Source: Lobosporangium transversale (taxonomy: Eukaryota). From it: a stretch of DNA of 64,000 nt. Shown one piece after another: positions 1 to 13,674 of this stretch. Both the position numbers and the translations under genes were made by a program. Numbering within the stretch: position 1 is the first letter of the stretch; each line of letters starts with the position of its first letter. The notes beneath the pieces are model-generated. The model was not told where the DNA came from. It was given only the letters and a program-made list of their open reading frames with translations, and searched no databases. The stretch covers positions 124,001 through 188,000 of the forward strand of contig NW_019029022.1 of assembly GCF_002105155.1 (NCBI RefSeq). Reading direction: 5' to 3'.

Positions 1-1818
1 TTCCATGATGGTTTACATAAATCTCAGCCAAGAACCGGCTTGTCCATTCAATGCCTTCTTTGCGATCCTCTGGAGTCGATATGGGATCAATCAAAAACCA
101 AGCGTGGCCTCGACCTTCCTTCATCATCACCTGATGGGCAACGCCATCTTCCTTCAAACGCTCCACGAACTGTTCCATCGATGGGCGGAGGATTTCGATC
201 CCTCCATAAAAGAGCAACATTGGTGGTAAACCCGCAAATGTCTGTGTATTTAAAGGAGAAAAATAAGGGCTTTCTATAACTTCAAGTCTGCTCTGAGAAT
301 AGCTGTCAATGCAGGCCTCCGCGAGTTCGAGTGTAAGGACGTCAAAGAGAGTAGGAATATAAGGCTCTGAAATGAAAAGGTATGGACAAATAGTGTAGAT
401 ACCCAGAGGTAAATCAAGCTCTCCTTTAAATTCATCCCGTACTTTGAGAGCAAGTGCGAGCGTGATATTACCACCAGCGGATTCTCCAGCTATTGTCATT
501 TCGCATGTAATGGATGAGCAATAAGGATACTGGTCAAAAAAGTAAAAGTAATGGACAGAATAGATACAAATATTGCAGAACGATAGTCGCTCACCAAAGA
601 CGACGCGTTTGGGATCCACACCGTATTCTTTGATCAAAGAGCGATAAGCAGCGAGAGACTCCTCTAATGCATGTGGGTAAGGTTTCTCGGGTGACAGGCC
701 TACATGTACGTAATAGATCAAAGCAAGTTGGAATAGAGGATCAATTGTGATGAATTCATATTTGATGACCCACCAATACCATAGAATTACTGCCAAAGTA
801 GCCAATGGCAGATCAAAGCAGTAATATAGCAGAATTAACCTTTTTTCTTCTTTTGTTTTGTAAGAATAAAAAATTACTGTAATCGAGTGAAAGGAAGCCG
901 ATTCGGAGATTATGCTTCTCTTGAGCCTGTTTCATGACCTGCTTCATAAAGTCCAAGCACTGTAGAGGCCAGCCATCGCAAAACAAACCACCATGGGCGC
1001 AAACTACAACCAAGTCACAACCTTGACCGACCTTGATTTTTGAGATGTCAACTTTCTGGGCTTGATCTTGTCCCTGACTGTCTTTTACATGATGGACTTG
1101 ATCCTGGAATGGAATCCAATAACCTTTCCAGGTGTGGCCTTGAGGACCACGAACATCTGCCAAGCCCAACTTGGCCCAATATTGGTCTGCAGCCCAAAGA
1201 GCTTGCTCTTGAGGAGACAGCTGGTAGTTTTGAACTTTATCACCAAAGATAGCAATAGCCCACTGGTTACGGAGCTCAGGTGTACCAAGATTTTGGAGGA
1301 TATGTTGTATATACACACCAAGAGCGTATACCTTGCGTCTCTGTAGAACAGACATATGTCTGGACACTTTATTGAGAAACGCCGAAGTACAGCCTTGCTT
1401 GTATGGTAAATTTCGAGGTGCCTTGCCAATAAGGTACAACATAGAGAACTGGAGTATTCCTCCGACTAAGCAAAATCAATCAACAAATAAAATAAAATTT
1501 AAAAGAGGGATGGGCTCATGGCTTCCCCAACTTTTGTTGGCCTGAACAAAATAAAAATCACGCATCACTTACCGCCATTCAGCAAATATCGCATAAAGAG
1601 CATAGTGTCCCTAGAGTTTCAGTATTGGGGTAGAATCTATTTAGTGACGCTATATTGTGGTCGCTGGTACTGGTGAAGGAAAGGAGGGAGGAAATGGGGA
1701 TAAAGTAATTGATAATGACACGATATTATTAAAGTAAAAAAAATAAATAATAATAAAAATGGCCTTGCCGTTACTTGAGTAAGAGGTATAATGCTGGTGG
1801 CTCTGCCTGTTCAACCAT
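1..1818 (-). CDS. Multi-exon alpha/beta hydrolase (HSL-like esterase/lipase); 3' end runs off the window
   Basis: ATG at 1818 (MVEQAESH). Exons contain VVVCAHGGLFCDG, FLSLDY, SPEKPYPHALEESLAAY and the nucleophile elbow GESAGG (~475-490), separated by GT-AG introns. Confidence 0.85.
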
Positions 1819-2249
1819 GGTCTTATCAAATAGGTTTAGAAAAAAGAGTGAATGAGTGAAAGAGAAATATAAGGAAAAAAGTGAGCACAGGGAATGAGGT
1901 GAGAATAGGGTCCATAATAAGATAATAACCTTTTTTATGTCAACATGCAAGTCCTATGCGTCTCGCATAGAAGAGGCGCCGGAAATGACTGACACTGTTT
2001 ATATCCTACAGTAACAAACGCTTTGATCCTTCAAAGTATTCAGTCATGGTGATATTAATTTTTTATTTCTTTTCCGCTCTAAACACGTTTTTACTTCTGT
2101 CGTCCACCCTTCTTAAACTTTATGAGAATTTCCTGAACGGCATTTGCCACTAAATTAAAATGGATTGACCTTCTCAGCCACATGGAAGTGAAGCAAAGTT
2201 TAAAATAGAAGCATCAACAAAAGAATGCTCATTAAATTGACATCGCACA

Positions 2250-2523
2250 ATGGAACAAGAGAAAAGAGCCATGTCGACTGATCAGCTAGTTAGCGCTCTC
2301 CAGCACTTGGCAGCCATAGGTTCTATTGATACATCTCGGAACCAGGACTTGGATTTAGTGGCCAAGCGATTGCAGGCGGACAGTGCCTTTCGGTAAATAT
2401 TAAAAAGTTGTTGCTTTTTGGTCTAGCCAGAAAAAAAAAAAAGCCAAGTTGGATTTATAGAAGTACCTAAAAAATGTATCATGCTGCTCTGATACTTTGT
2501 ATTTTATAATCTTTGTACTCTCA

Positions 2524-2556
<33 letters not shown>

Positions 2557-5418
2557 GTCTCTAGTTTAGAACTTGGTCAAGATGAAAATGTTTGGAAGAA
2601 TCTTGCCATGGTATTGAAAGGGGTCGTCAAAAATGGATTGGACCCAGAACATGTGGGACAGCTCACGTGTTTGCTTCGTATTATTCGTAATTGCGTTGCA
2701 AACGTGTCTGATAATCAGAATCATGCAAGGTAAAACCCCATTTATTCCTGCATATGTTTTCTCAAACGCTTTCAAATTACCATTTTTATGACCCAATAAA
2801 TCCAATTTGTATTTAAAAAATAAAAAAAGAACTGCAAGCCTGCCACAGTTAATTCAAGAGGTTGTTTCTCAAGCAGCCCACACTCACTACGGAAACGCAG
2901 CATGTAAGCACAGTAAATCTTTTACACTCAGAAATAAAGAACCAATCATCGCCATGTCAAGCCTTAACCGATCGGACGTTTTTTTTTTTTTTTTGAACTG
3001 AGCGAAATAGTTATTATAATGTTAAGGGCGGGGGTACAGACTTTATCGAATTTATTGACAGGAAACGAGCAATCTAAGAACCTTATCTGGAAGCACCTTT
3101 TAGTCAAGGCCCCTAGTACGAGCTGTGATCAAAATTTATTAAGGTGGGGTAATTTTTTTTTTTTATTTTTATTTTATTTTATTTTTTTTGAATCAATACG
3201 GTTTGGTTTAGTTTTCGTCAAATGAAAATTTCGTCCGCTTGTTGACACTCTGCCAGTGGCTCATTCTTGCATAAAGTACACTTGTGGCTATTGAGGACGA
3301 ATCGATTGTATTGAGCACAGTCATGCTTTGTTATAACTGTATTTTTAATTCGCAGGAGCGCAGGTAATAATGCATTTACAAAAACAAAGTTTTCATGCGC
3401 ACACACATAAAACCACTCTGACACTAGCCCCCTTCTCTTTTGTTTCTAGTACCTTACTCTTCTCCACTGTTGCGGGGAAAAAGCTTTTAGTGCAGCTCAT
3501 CAACGAATCTCATGCGATCGTCAGCAAGGACGATCGCAAAAGTTTTGAGATGATTTATACTTTCTTCAACCATCTGGTTGATCAAGAGTATTTGCCAGAG
3601 CTATTTGAAAGTCTAAAGACACAGGGGCGGGAAAATGAGGAGGAATATAGTATTCGTTATCATGGAAAAGATTTTAATGGCTTAAAGGACCCTGGAGAGT
3701 TGGCATCCAAATTTCGAGGACTTGAGATTGAAGAGGTAGAAGGTGATGGAATCACTACAAGATCGCAAAAGAGCGACCATAGGAAAGAGGGTAAGAAGGA
3801 ATCCTTCTTGAGTGCAGAGCAAGTTATTCTGCTCAAATTCATTGACTCTAGGATCTATAGCCACCATCAACAACAACATCAGCGTTTGCAGGAGCTGAAG
3901 CAGCAGCATAAGAGGGCGACAAACATATTGAGCGAAACTGAACCACCAGTTAGTCTGAAAACATTGGTGTTTTTGCTGAACTTATTTACAAAAGTGGCAA
4001 CCTTAACAATAGAAGTCTTTGAGACTTTAGATCAGCCTGGTGTAGGGCAGCATGAAGTTGAGGAACTAGCGAACTTGTCGTCGGGGTTGATGCTGTTGCT
4101 TGGATGCTTTACATATTTGAGCCTATTTGACGACGGAGTTGTTATGTACTCGGTCCAGGATGTGCTCAAGGAGGATATGGAAAATAAGGAGAGGGAGGAG
4201 CAGGTTGGTGAACCCATCCCTGTCCCTGAATGGTTCAAAGTACAACACATGACGATGGTCAACCACGGACTAGTGGAGAGTTCCATTGGTAAATTTGACG
4301 AAAAGAAAAATCTTTTTATTCTTGCTTATTTTATTACTTTTTTCTTATTTTTTATATTTTTTTAATGGTTTTCAGCTATTGACTCATGCAACATATATTT
4401 CTTCCGCTCCCCCTGAATATACCGTTTTGTGTACAGAGCTCTTACGCCAAGCTGATAAGAGTTTGGTCCGAGTCACCAAACCAATTTCGGCCATGTCACA
4501 GAGTGATGAACCTACTTTAGAATCAACAACACAATCCATGGATGCCAACACTACGTCGACACTTCTCACAAACACATCGACTAAACAAGGACAGCAATCG
4601 TTCTTTGCGGGGTTGAAGCGGGATATTGTGAGGCTAGTCGGGAATTTAGCATACCGATCCCGCCATGTTCAGGATTTGATACGGGGATGCAATGGACTTG
4701 TTGTGATGTTGAGCCAGTGCAATATAGATGACGTGAATCCATGTAAGTACTCTTTTTCTTTTTCTTTTTTTCTTTTTGGATCTTTTTTTACTCTTTTATT
4801 TTTCCTTGTTCCTTTTTTTGCCTTTCCATTTTCCTTTTTTCTTACTTGTTCTAGCCCCCATTTTACTTTCCGTTCTCGTTCTCGTTCTCGTTCTCGTCCT
4901 AGTTCTTTTCCTCTCCTCAGCTTTTTTTTTCTTTAATATCTTTCATTTTAGTCTCTATTACCTCTCCGCCTTTACCCTTTTTAATTCAAGGTGCATTTTT
5001 ATTTCCTTTTTCTCTCCTACTTCTCCAAGTATCCTAAATATACTCCTTGCTTTTCTTTATTTTAATTTGTAAAATCGTTTTGTTTTGTTTTGTCTTGTTT
5101 TGTTTTGTTTTGTTTTATTTCTACCTTGTTTTATTTTACTTTATTTTATTTTAATTTATTTTACTTCATTTTATTTTTTTTTATTTTTTTTTGCATTTAT
5201 TTACCCCGTTTACCAATGGTTTTTAATGAATAGATCTCCGCGAGTATGCAATTCTAGCGATGAAGAACATCCTTTCAGGAAATCTTGAGAACCAAGCGCT
5301 AATTGAAGAATTGAAACCTATTGAAGCTGTTGATCATCCAGCGTTGCAGGAGGCACGGCTGAGTACACGATTAGATACTGTCACTGGACGTCCAGTGTTG
5401 TCACAGAAAAGGCCATAG
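2250..5418 (+). CDS. ATXN10: Ataxin-10 / Ctr86-like ARM-repeat protein, multi-exon
   Basis: Spliced C-terminus GLKRDIVRLVGNLAYRSRHVQDLIRGCNGLVVMLSQCNIDDVNPYLREYAILAMKNILSGNLENQALI matches the ataxin-10 domain. N-terminal LLRIIRNCVANVSDNQ. Stop TAG at 5416-5418. Confidence 0.85.
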
Positions 5419-6235
5419 TCTCAAAATATTTTGCTCCGAAATTCTCTCTTTTCTTTTGGATAAATAGTAGATTTCTGTCGGGAATGAAAGGTATCATGGC
5501 AAAACAGGCTTTCCTACACCTTTCCCTCTCCTTTTTAGTTTCTAATAAGTAGAGACTTTTTTTTTTTTACTTGCCGATTCGTCCATTGATATAAAGCGCC
5601 ACCAACACTAAAGATGTCTTCTTATTTTTTTTTTCCTTTTTTGGATCTGATTTTTTTCTTTTTGTCTAATTACGAGAGAGTCCAATAAGATTGATCTCTT
5701 CTAAAAGTGTTTGAAGAAACGCAGTCAAATCCACTAAGGGTTTACAACACAGACTATACCTAAAGTGGTATTTTTCTTCATTTTCGCCCTCTTTGAGCGA
5801 CGTATTGAGTTGACCTTGCATAGTCGACATAATCATGGTTTTCATGATGGATAAGTCCAGAGGATAGCAGAGGACGTGCAATTTAACCTTACAAAGTTTA
5901 CAAAGTAATATTTGTATTCCAGTAACAATCATCCCTTAAAAAGTGAGAAAAAAAACGCGTGCGCGTGTAGATCTTACTCCGATGTTTTATTATGACCCCT
6001 GTCTACCTGAACCCCTGTCCCTCACCTGTCTATAATCAACTCACGTATGCCATTGTCTTGGTTACTTTCCTTTTTATCTCACTTTTCCCTTGTCTCCCTT
6101 CGGTCCTTCCTGACTTGGTCTTTTTTTTTCTGCATCGTTTCGTCATTTCTGCGGCATTCTACCTGTGTTTCTATTCCCTCCTAATGTATTCAATACTTTT
6201 ATATATTTGCTTATAAAAAGGTTTTTTACTAAAAC

Positions 6236-6268
<33 letters not shown>

Positions 6269-8297
6269 CGTCTTTTTTCTGTCACAACAGCCATCCCCTT
6301 ACTTCCTCGTCTCCACGTTCCTCTCTCGGAAAATGTCCTATGGCAAGGACATCTCATGTTCTAGACTTGGTCATTAGCATTCAGTTGATCAGCTCTACTT
6401 CATTTGGTTTTCCTCATTCATTTTTTATAATTCTTACTTCTGTCTTTAAAAGCCTACATTTTATACTAAAAAAAAAAAAAAAAAAAAAAAAACCAAAAAT
6501 CAAAAAATCAAAAAAATCAAAAAATCAAAAAAAGAAAAAAAAATGGATATCACGAAATCAACTGTTCACTTGGACCTCTGTGGCATAGATCGGGTTTTTT
6601 TATGCCCTGAAGAGCGCGAGGTACGTTTTACCAGTGACTTAAATATGTTATCATTCAGAATTCAGAATTTATTTGAAATTGACACACGCTATCAATTTCT
6701 TCACTTTTGCAACTCTCTATAGCTCCTTAAAAAAACACGTGTATATATAAAAAAAACGTTACAACTTCAGACTTTTCAGCTGCGCAGCGTATACAAAGAA
6801 CATTCAATCTAGTCTCGACCTATCAATTATTCAACCGTTGGCATTGGCAGGAATCCTTCACAATCAAAAGATGCTCGGAGATGATCGATTTTCTCTACAG
6901 GATACAATACATTCAGGATTTCGTGTGCAACCGTAGTCGTAAAGACTATTATTTTCAACGATCATTCACCCACTGATCTACTTATCTTCAACGCTCAGCC
7001 TCTCTTTATATTATATCGTGTTTATTCATTTATTGTGGACACTCTCAATCACCCTTTTCCTTCCATTTCGTTTATCGTTAGAACTGGCATGCTTAAGTCA
7101 GTTTTTCTAATCGCTGTTTTTATTTTCCTTTTAAAAGAGGCTGATGTTTCTTTTAGCCATGTACAAAATGGACCTTGGAAGGCAACAATTCCTCCTGCTC
7201 CTCGAGGGATTATTATTCCCATTTCACACTCTATTTTATCCGTTGAACAAATATATCTCTTCTAACGTATTACATTCAAGAATGGCTATCACAAGAAATA
7301 ATAAGGTACACTACTTTCTTGCGCTTCTTTTTTTTTCTTCCTAAAAAAGAAGTGTTGCGTAGTTCAGTTTATTCTATCCTTTTTGTATCTTTTAGTATTT
7401 AACAGCTTTCCCCTCTATATCTGCATAGATGTTGCTTATCCTAGCTGAGGCTCCATCAGCACTATGACTTAACTCGTTAACAATTTCTTCTTCTCAGCCC
7501 CTTTTTACTCTAACGTTCGAGACAATGGATGAATTGTCTATCAGTGATAGTCCTGCTGGGATGCGCTGGGTGTGGCGCAGTCATAAGAAGTCGAGGTGGG
7601 CCCAGATGTGTATCGATGGGGTTATTTTTCTTTCTATCCCGCAAGATTTGCTCTTTCAATATTTTTCCTTCGACAAGAAGAAAGAAAAAAGAAAAGGGTT
7701 TCTGCTTTAAGCTTATTGAAATTGACACGGACTATGTATTCTTTCTACACCTGATCTTGTTATCAGATCTTTCTCCTGTTTCTAAAAGAAGGGTTTCTTT
7801 TTAATTTCTAAACCTAATAATAAAAAACAATATATTGTTTTATAAAGCTTTATATTTTTTTTTTTCTCCTGCATCGAACGTTGAGTATTCATTTAGATAA
7901 TTTGTTTTGTTCCTGGAGGCGCAGTGTCCAAAAAAAAAAAAAAAAAAAAAAAAAAATAGAGCCAAGACACGCGTCATGAATAAATTAACTGTATTTTAAT
8001 GCCAGGGGCAAATGGAGGGAAAAGGAGAACGTGACCGAGCAAAATCCAATCAAAATGAGTACTTATTTATACACCAAAGCGTCACCGGAATGACAAAAAA
8101 AAAAAAGGGTTAAATAGCCATTGAAGGTCATTGTGGGAGATAGAAATCATCTCCACCTTTTTATTCTCTCCTTCCCTCTCATCTCGTCTCATTTCTTTTC
8201 CTCATTCCTCATTCTTCATTTTGTTCTTCATTTCTTGTATATTTCAACCTTATCGCGCTCGGGGCTTTTTTTTTTATTTTTTTTTTTTATTAAAAAA

Positions 8298-10064
8298 ATG
8301 GGAGTCCTAGGCCAAGGATCCCTCCCATATGATCAAAGCTGTAGAAACGAAGACTCCGCTGTTACTGTAAAGTTGCCTCCAGAATGTATCGAGCAAATTG
8401 TAAAAAATCTCTGGGATGAGATCTCGACGTTGCATTCGCTGCTCCTCTGCAGCCGTTCCTTCTTCTTCATGGTGGTGCCCATCTTGTACCGAGAGCCATT
8501 TCGGTTGATCGACAATCATCGGACTTGGAGCCGTTCATCTAAGGCTAAAAAGACTGCTTATCTGATGCGGGTCTTGTATACCTGTTCAGAAACTAAGCCT
8601 AATCAATGGAACTTACAGGAGCACGCGACGCAGAGGCAAGGTCGAGGTCAAGGCCAAGATCAAGAGCAAGGTCAAATGTCTGAGAAAACTATTGAGGATT
8701 CAACATTAATCCAATCTATAACGACTTTATCAATATCATCGTCATCACTGCCTATATTAACTTCCACCATCCCAAGTTCTTCCTCCGTCATTGCTTCTGG
8801 TGATAATGATACTACTACGACAATTACGGCTATTACCCCAATAAGACATATCGACCCATTTTCTTCTAACTCTTCATCATATCAAGGAAAGACCACGGCC
8901 AGGTTTCAACGTCACCCATTTAGTCCTGAAATAGAAAAGAGGGATCCCTTGCCTGATCCGCTGACGACAGATTATCTCTATTACTACACTAATCAATCTC
9001 AAATCCCAAGAGTCTCAAGAGCGTTTTCGGTCCTTAATCCATCGATTCAACTTCATCATCGGGATCAGCATGAGTTTGAGCGTGCGTTCGCAGAATCGAG
9101 CAAGACTTTTTTATTGGCAGTCTATGGACATTTCCCAGAACGGATTAAAACTCTTTCGATGACGCCGTCACAGTTAAGTGTGATCTTGTTCCAGAAAGCG
9201 CCTAAAGTCTCCAAAACATCAATACCAACAACAACAACAGAAACAACGAGTACAGTTCAGACAGAAATATCAGATCAAGCTGGGGAACCCGCCCAGAGCT
9301 ATGACCATGATAATGGCCAAATGACTCATCCTAAGAGAGTAGAGAAGCGTATTCGAGCTGCAGGTGTTGGGGCGTTGAAATCATTAAGCCGATTGGAGCT
9401 TGACTTTGGAGCTGGCTTTATAGTCAGTACACTTGAAGAGTGGTTCAGCGAAGGCAATCAAGACGAAGCCAACACGGTGGATGTGCTGAATGAGTTTGGA
9501 GTGATGGTCAAAGCTCGAATGAGGCCAGAAAACGTACCCTTGTTGTTCATTCGAGAGCATCAAAAGTTATTTCCAACCTGCCCTGAGGATTCTGTAGTGC
9601 CCGTAGGAGACATACTTGGATATACAGCTAGTGCTATTAACGCTAGGACCAGCATCAATAACAGTAGCAATAGAAATAATATACCGGGGACATTTCTGCG
9701 AGAGCTCGTTGTCCGCGGAAGTCACTCTACATGGACGCCTACACAACTTCTTCGAAACATTGAGCCTCTCAAAGTAGTGGATCTCTCTGCATGGAATTCC
9801 AATGTACCTTATCTGGAACAAATTCCTTCGAGACGATTGGTATCGTTTAAGGTCAATATTGCACGTCGGTTAGGGTCAGTTCAGGTGCCGATCTCCTATC
9901 TGAGACAACATTGTCGACATATACAAGAAATTTGGATGCCGGCACAAGGACCTGATACGTTCAAATGGGCGATTGATGTCTCAAAGCCTATTTCTCCTTT
10001 TGTGACACAAGCAAGACTCAGAAGGCGAAGGTTATATAGAGACAATAGCAATGGTAATAGCGGC

Positions 10065-10109
<45 letters not shown>

Positions 10110-11039
10110 ACAGAAGCTGCAACAGTATTTTCGTCAACTGCTGTTGAAGCTATTGGTGGACAAGGGGGGCAGGCTAACAATGGAATACTAGACCAGCAAC
10201 AATCCATGCTATCAACTTTACCACCTGTTCCACAACACAATTTACCACTTGAAAAATGCTTCTTTGACCTTACTTTGATCCCTCCTCTCAAAAAGGTCCG
10301 TCTCTATGGTGGTCCGCAAGAGCTAGTTCCAAGTCTCGAGGATGCTCTGGATGCCTTTCGAGATTCAATAGAGGAATTGGCAGGGTATGAGGATGGATAT
10401 AGTGCACGCGCAGAATATCCCAGGATGTCGATTGACTGGTCCTGTCATTATTTGACTCATTTGGATTTGAGGGGTCGGTTTGTCTTCTTTTTCGATGTTG
10501 GAACCTTAAGAAACTGTCCTAATTTGGAGGTGGTGAAGTTGGTGATTGAATCGAATATTGGACCTGAATTCGGGAACAGTAATGACAATAGTAGTACAAG
10601 AGCAACAAGGACTAGATCTTACAGAGATGGAGAAGTTGGAGAAGAAGAGGAGGATGAGGATGATACAGCATCATTTTATAAGGTATTTGCAAGGATGGCT
10701 CGGTTGAGAGAGCTGCAACTCCGAGGAGCATCATGGGGAATCGATGACAGAGCTCTAGAAACGCTTTTAGGAGGAGAAGGGGGAGGACCAGGAACAGGAC
10801 CAGGACCAGGAGAAGAAGAGGTTCATAGATCAGCCTTAAGGAACACTTTAGAGATCTTTAGCATTGCTGAATCATATCAACCAAGCAGAAGAGTCCTGAC
10901 ATCGTTCGTGGGGGGAATGACTAAGCTGCGGATCATTCATTTGGCGACAACGTATGCTTATTTAGCGGAATCTCTCCGAAATGCTGTTGAGCCTCGGAAA
11001 TTGTTTGTAGAATATATCGGCGCTGATTCGGATATGTAG
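8298..11039 (+). CDS. Single-exon F-box-like protein with degenerate C-terminal LRRs
   Basis: First ATG at 8298. F-box-like LPPECIEQIVKNLWDEISTLHSLLLCSRSFFFMVVPILYREPF; LRR-like segments (LTHLDLRG, CPNLEVVKL, LRELQLRG); (GGAGCA)n Gly-Ala repeat at ~10065-10109. Confidence 0.75.
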
Positions 11040-11284
11040 TAAAAGCAATACTCTTAGCACAAAGGTGTTAGTTTTTATTTTAATCATTATTTATATGTTG
11101 TTGGTGTTATTAAGAGAAGGAATGCATGAAGTTTTACATGGAAATATATCAGGTATTTTAGCTGAAGCTAGATGCGCATACTTTCGAGAAAAGATCTTTA
11201 AGCTTAAGATGGATGACAGATTCTGGCTGCTGTTTGTATCAGAGCCTCTGCATGACTAATGCAATGATTTTTACTGACGTAAAT

Positions 11285-11925
11285 TTTTTCTGCTCAAACA
11301 GGCCAACTTGTTCGCACCTTAGAGTCAAGAGAACAATACGACACCATTTGTGCTGCCAACTTCTTACCCATTAACCACCAAATTATCTGTGGTCATCACA
11401 TTGGGGATGTGACTATGTAGGGCGCGCAAACAGGAGAGCTCAGCTGCACTCTCCAGGGTAAGGATATGATTATGAGGTGTGTAATGATCGCATTCAATGG
11501 TCACCATACTGCTTCGTATGATTATATGGTAACATCGGTGTCTTGGTAGCTCGGTCAGGGGATCGGCAGTATGAAGTAAAGGGTAGACCAAGTGGTGACC
11601 CTTATTTCGCATATATGTCTAACAGTCGAAAAATAGTGGCTATGCGCCGCGATAGCACTAAAAGCTTGCAAGTACAGAGTGCAGAAACGGGTGAGCTCTG
11701 TTATGAAACAGTGTGTTTTCACAGTGTGATCAACAGGTGGCTGTTAGGATCAAGAGGGCTGGTTAGTGTGGGTAGATGTGAAATCCGGAACAGTAATGTA
11801 AACGTTTGAAGGGCATGTCACGTCTATCCATGGCTTGGCTTTTTCGCCTGATTAAAAGTATATTGCCTCATGCAGTAAGGATATGACAATGCGACTGGGA
11901 TTCAAAGTCAGGTCAGTATTTGATT
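11285..11925 (+). pseudogene. Decayed WD40-repeat gene fragment
   Basis: Translation near 11763-11920 gives VWVDVKSGTVM*TFEGHVTSIHGLAFSPD*KYIASCSKDMTMRL(frameshift)DSKSGQYL, a recognisable WD40 repeat with two stops and a frameshift. Weaker repeats lie upstream (SAQTGQLVRTL; AYMSNSRKIVA..SAETGEL). Confidence 0.7.
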
Positions 11926-12549
11926 GTCGTCCCGTTCGAAGGTGAGTATGTCACAACGCTTGCACTGAATATTTCTGAAGTAAGCCACTGTTTGGTTACA
12001 GGATGTAGTGATGGTTCTGATCGGATGTAGTTTTGCACATAAAGTCTGCTAATCCTAAAACCATGAGGCAAATAATACCTCTGAACGCTTCAATAGGATT
12101 GTGGCGTGCGTTTGGGGTGCAGAAAAGACAGCATTGTCTCTTTTGAGCAATGAAGGATATAGGATTTGTTCCTTGAGGACGAACTTTTTGAAGCCACGCT
12201 TGTTGCTAGTAAAAACACAAATGGTTCCGTTTTCCGCATACTTTCAGTGCTTCCACAATCCAAGGGCTGTGATGTAGCCACCAAATGTTACATGTTTGTC
12301 AAAGCATTGACACATCCCTTGCAAAAGTTCAGATGTATGCTAAGAATATTGTTTAAGGGACGTAGAGAAGTCAATGACATGTAGCAGTGTTCAGGTGTTT
12401 AAACAGTGTCATATGGAATCCAATGCAACGCCAGTTTACAAGTAGCGGTATGATGTATCCTAACACAAAAATACTCTGGTGTGCCGCTGGTACATCATGT
12501 CAGAAACCACTGATGGTGATACTTTCCTGAGCGACGGTCCATTATATTG

Positions 12550-12580
<31 letters not shown>

Positions 12581-12659
12581 TATTGCGGTGCAAGCTTCAC
12601 CACTGAAAATCACATTTTGGGAAGAGAGTATACATGTATAGGATAAATCATACGGAATA

Positions 12660-12692
<33 letters not shown>

Positions 12693-13674
12693 CGCTCGGC
12701 TTCTTGCGGCTACAGTAGAGCGAAGGAAAAGAAGGGCCTTTACAAGGTGAAAAGCCTCTGGTCCTCAGGATGGTTTTCTGCAATATTTCATGCCGTTGGT
12801 ATACCATCTCTGTTGGGTGTTGAGTTTAAGGTTCCACTGCAGAGCTTTGGTGAGCGGTTATAAAGGAGGATTGGATGCCAAACCATCCTCTTCAAGCAGT
12901 TGACTGAGAAACGAATTAGAGAATGACACTCTTCAAATATGACGCTTCATTTATATGCAGACATGTGCTTCACTCGGCATCATTCCCAATATTGACGTGC
13001 AATAAAAGAGCTTTTGCCTCCCCGCCATCTCTTCAGGACACATATATAGGTCTCTAAAAAATATGTCAAAGATAGAGGGTTGCAATTTAATCAAAAGAGG
13101 GTTTTCTCCACAGTAAATCCTGTCCATTCGAAGTAATCCCTCTGGTGGCAACTATTCAGGGGATGCTAATCAATTCCGCTAAAATATGATGAAATCAGAG
13201 CAGATTTGGAAAATCAACAAGCATCGAACAGTCGCCACCAGTTAAGTCCATTGGTGAAAAAATTCGCCAGTGAAATCACTCGTTGTAACCGTCTCTTGTT
13301 CTGCAGTATGAGATTAGGATTCCTGTCATAACTGTTTATTACTCTCTCCTAAAATACGGATATCAAACATTCAGTCAGTGAAGACGCGTCCACACCGTCG
13401 ATTTTTAAGATTTCAAGGTGTCAAATTATGTATGACAGTTGAATGAAGTTACAGAAGGCCTTTTCTGATTTCCCTATTCTTTGGCGACAAACGCTCATGG
13501 GAACTTACTTGAGATGTTCTGGTTTCGTTGCGCCAATGACGCCTACATATTCTTTTGTACACATCGATATGACGATATGTACATTTTTTTTTTTTTTTTT
13601 TTTTTTTTATAGCTGATTCTTCACTCTCTTTTAACAACTTCTTGACAAACATCCAGCATTTTCGTTTATCAAAA

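Noticed and set aside
4742..5233. Penta/hexanucleotide repeats (TTCTCG, TTTTG, TTTTA) in the last ataxin-10 intron, reminiscent of the human SCA10 intronic repeat
   Set aside because: Such T-rich microsatellites are common throughout this window; there is no evidence of homology.
11940..13400. Short ORFs with coding-like composition
   Set aside because: No recognisable domain in the frames examined; possibly a decayed repeat but unsupported.
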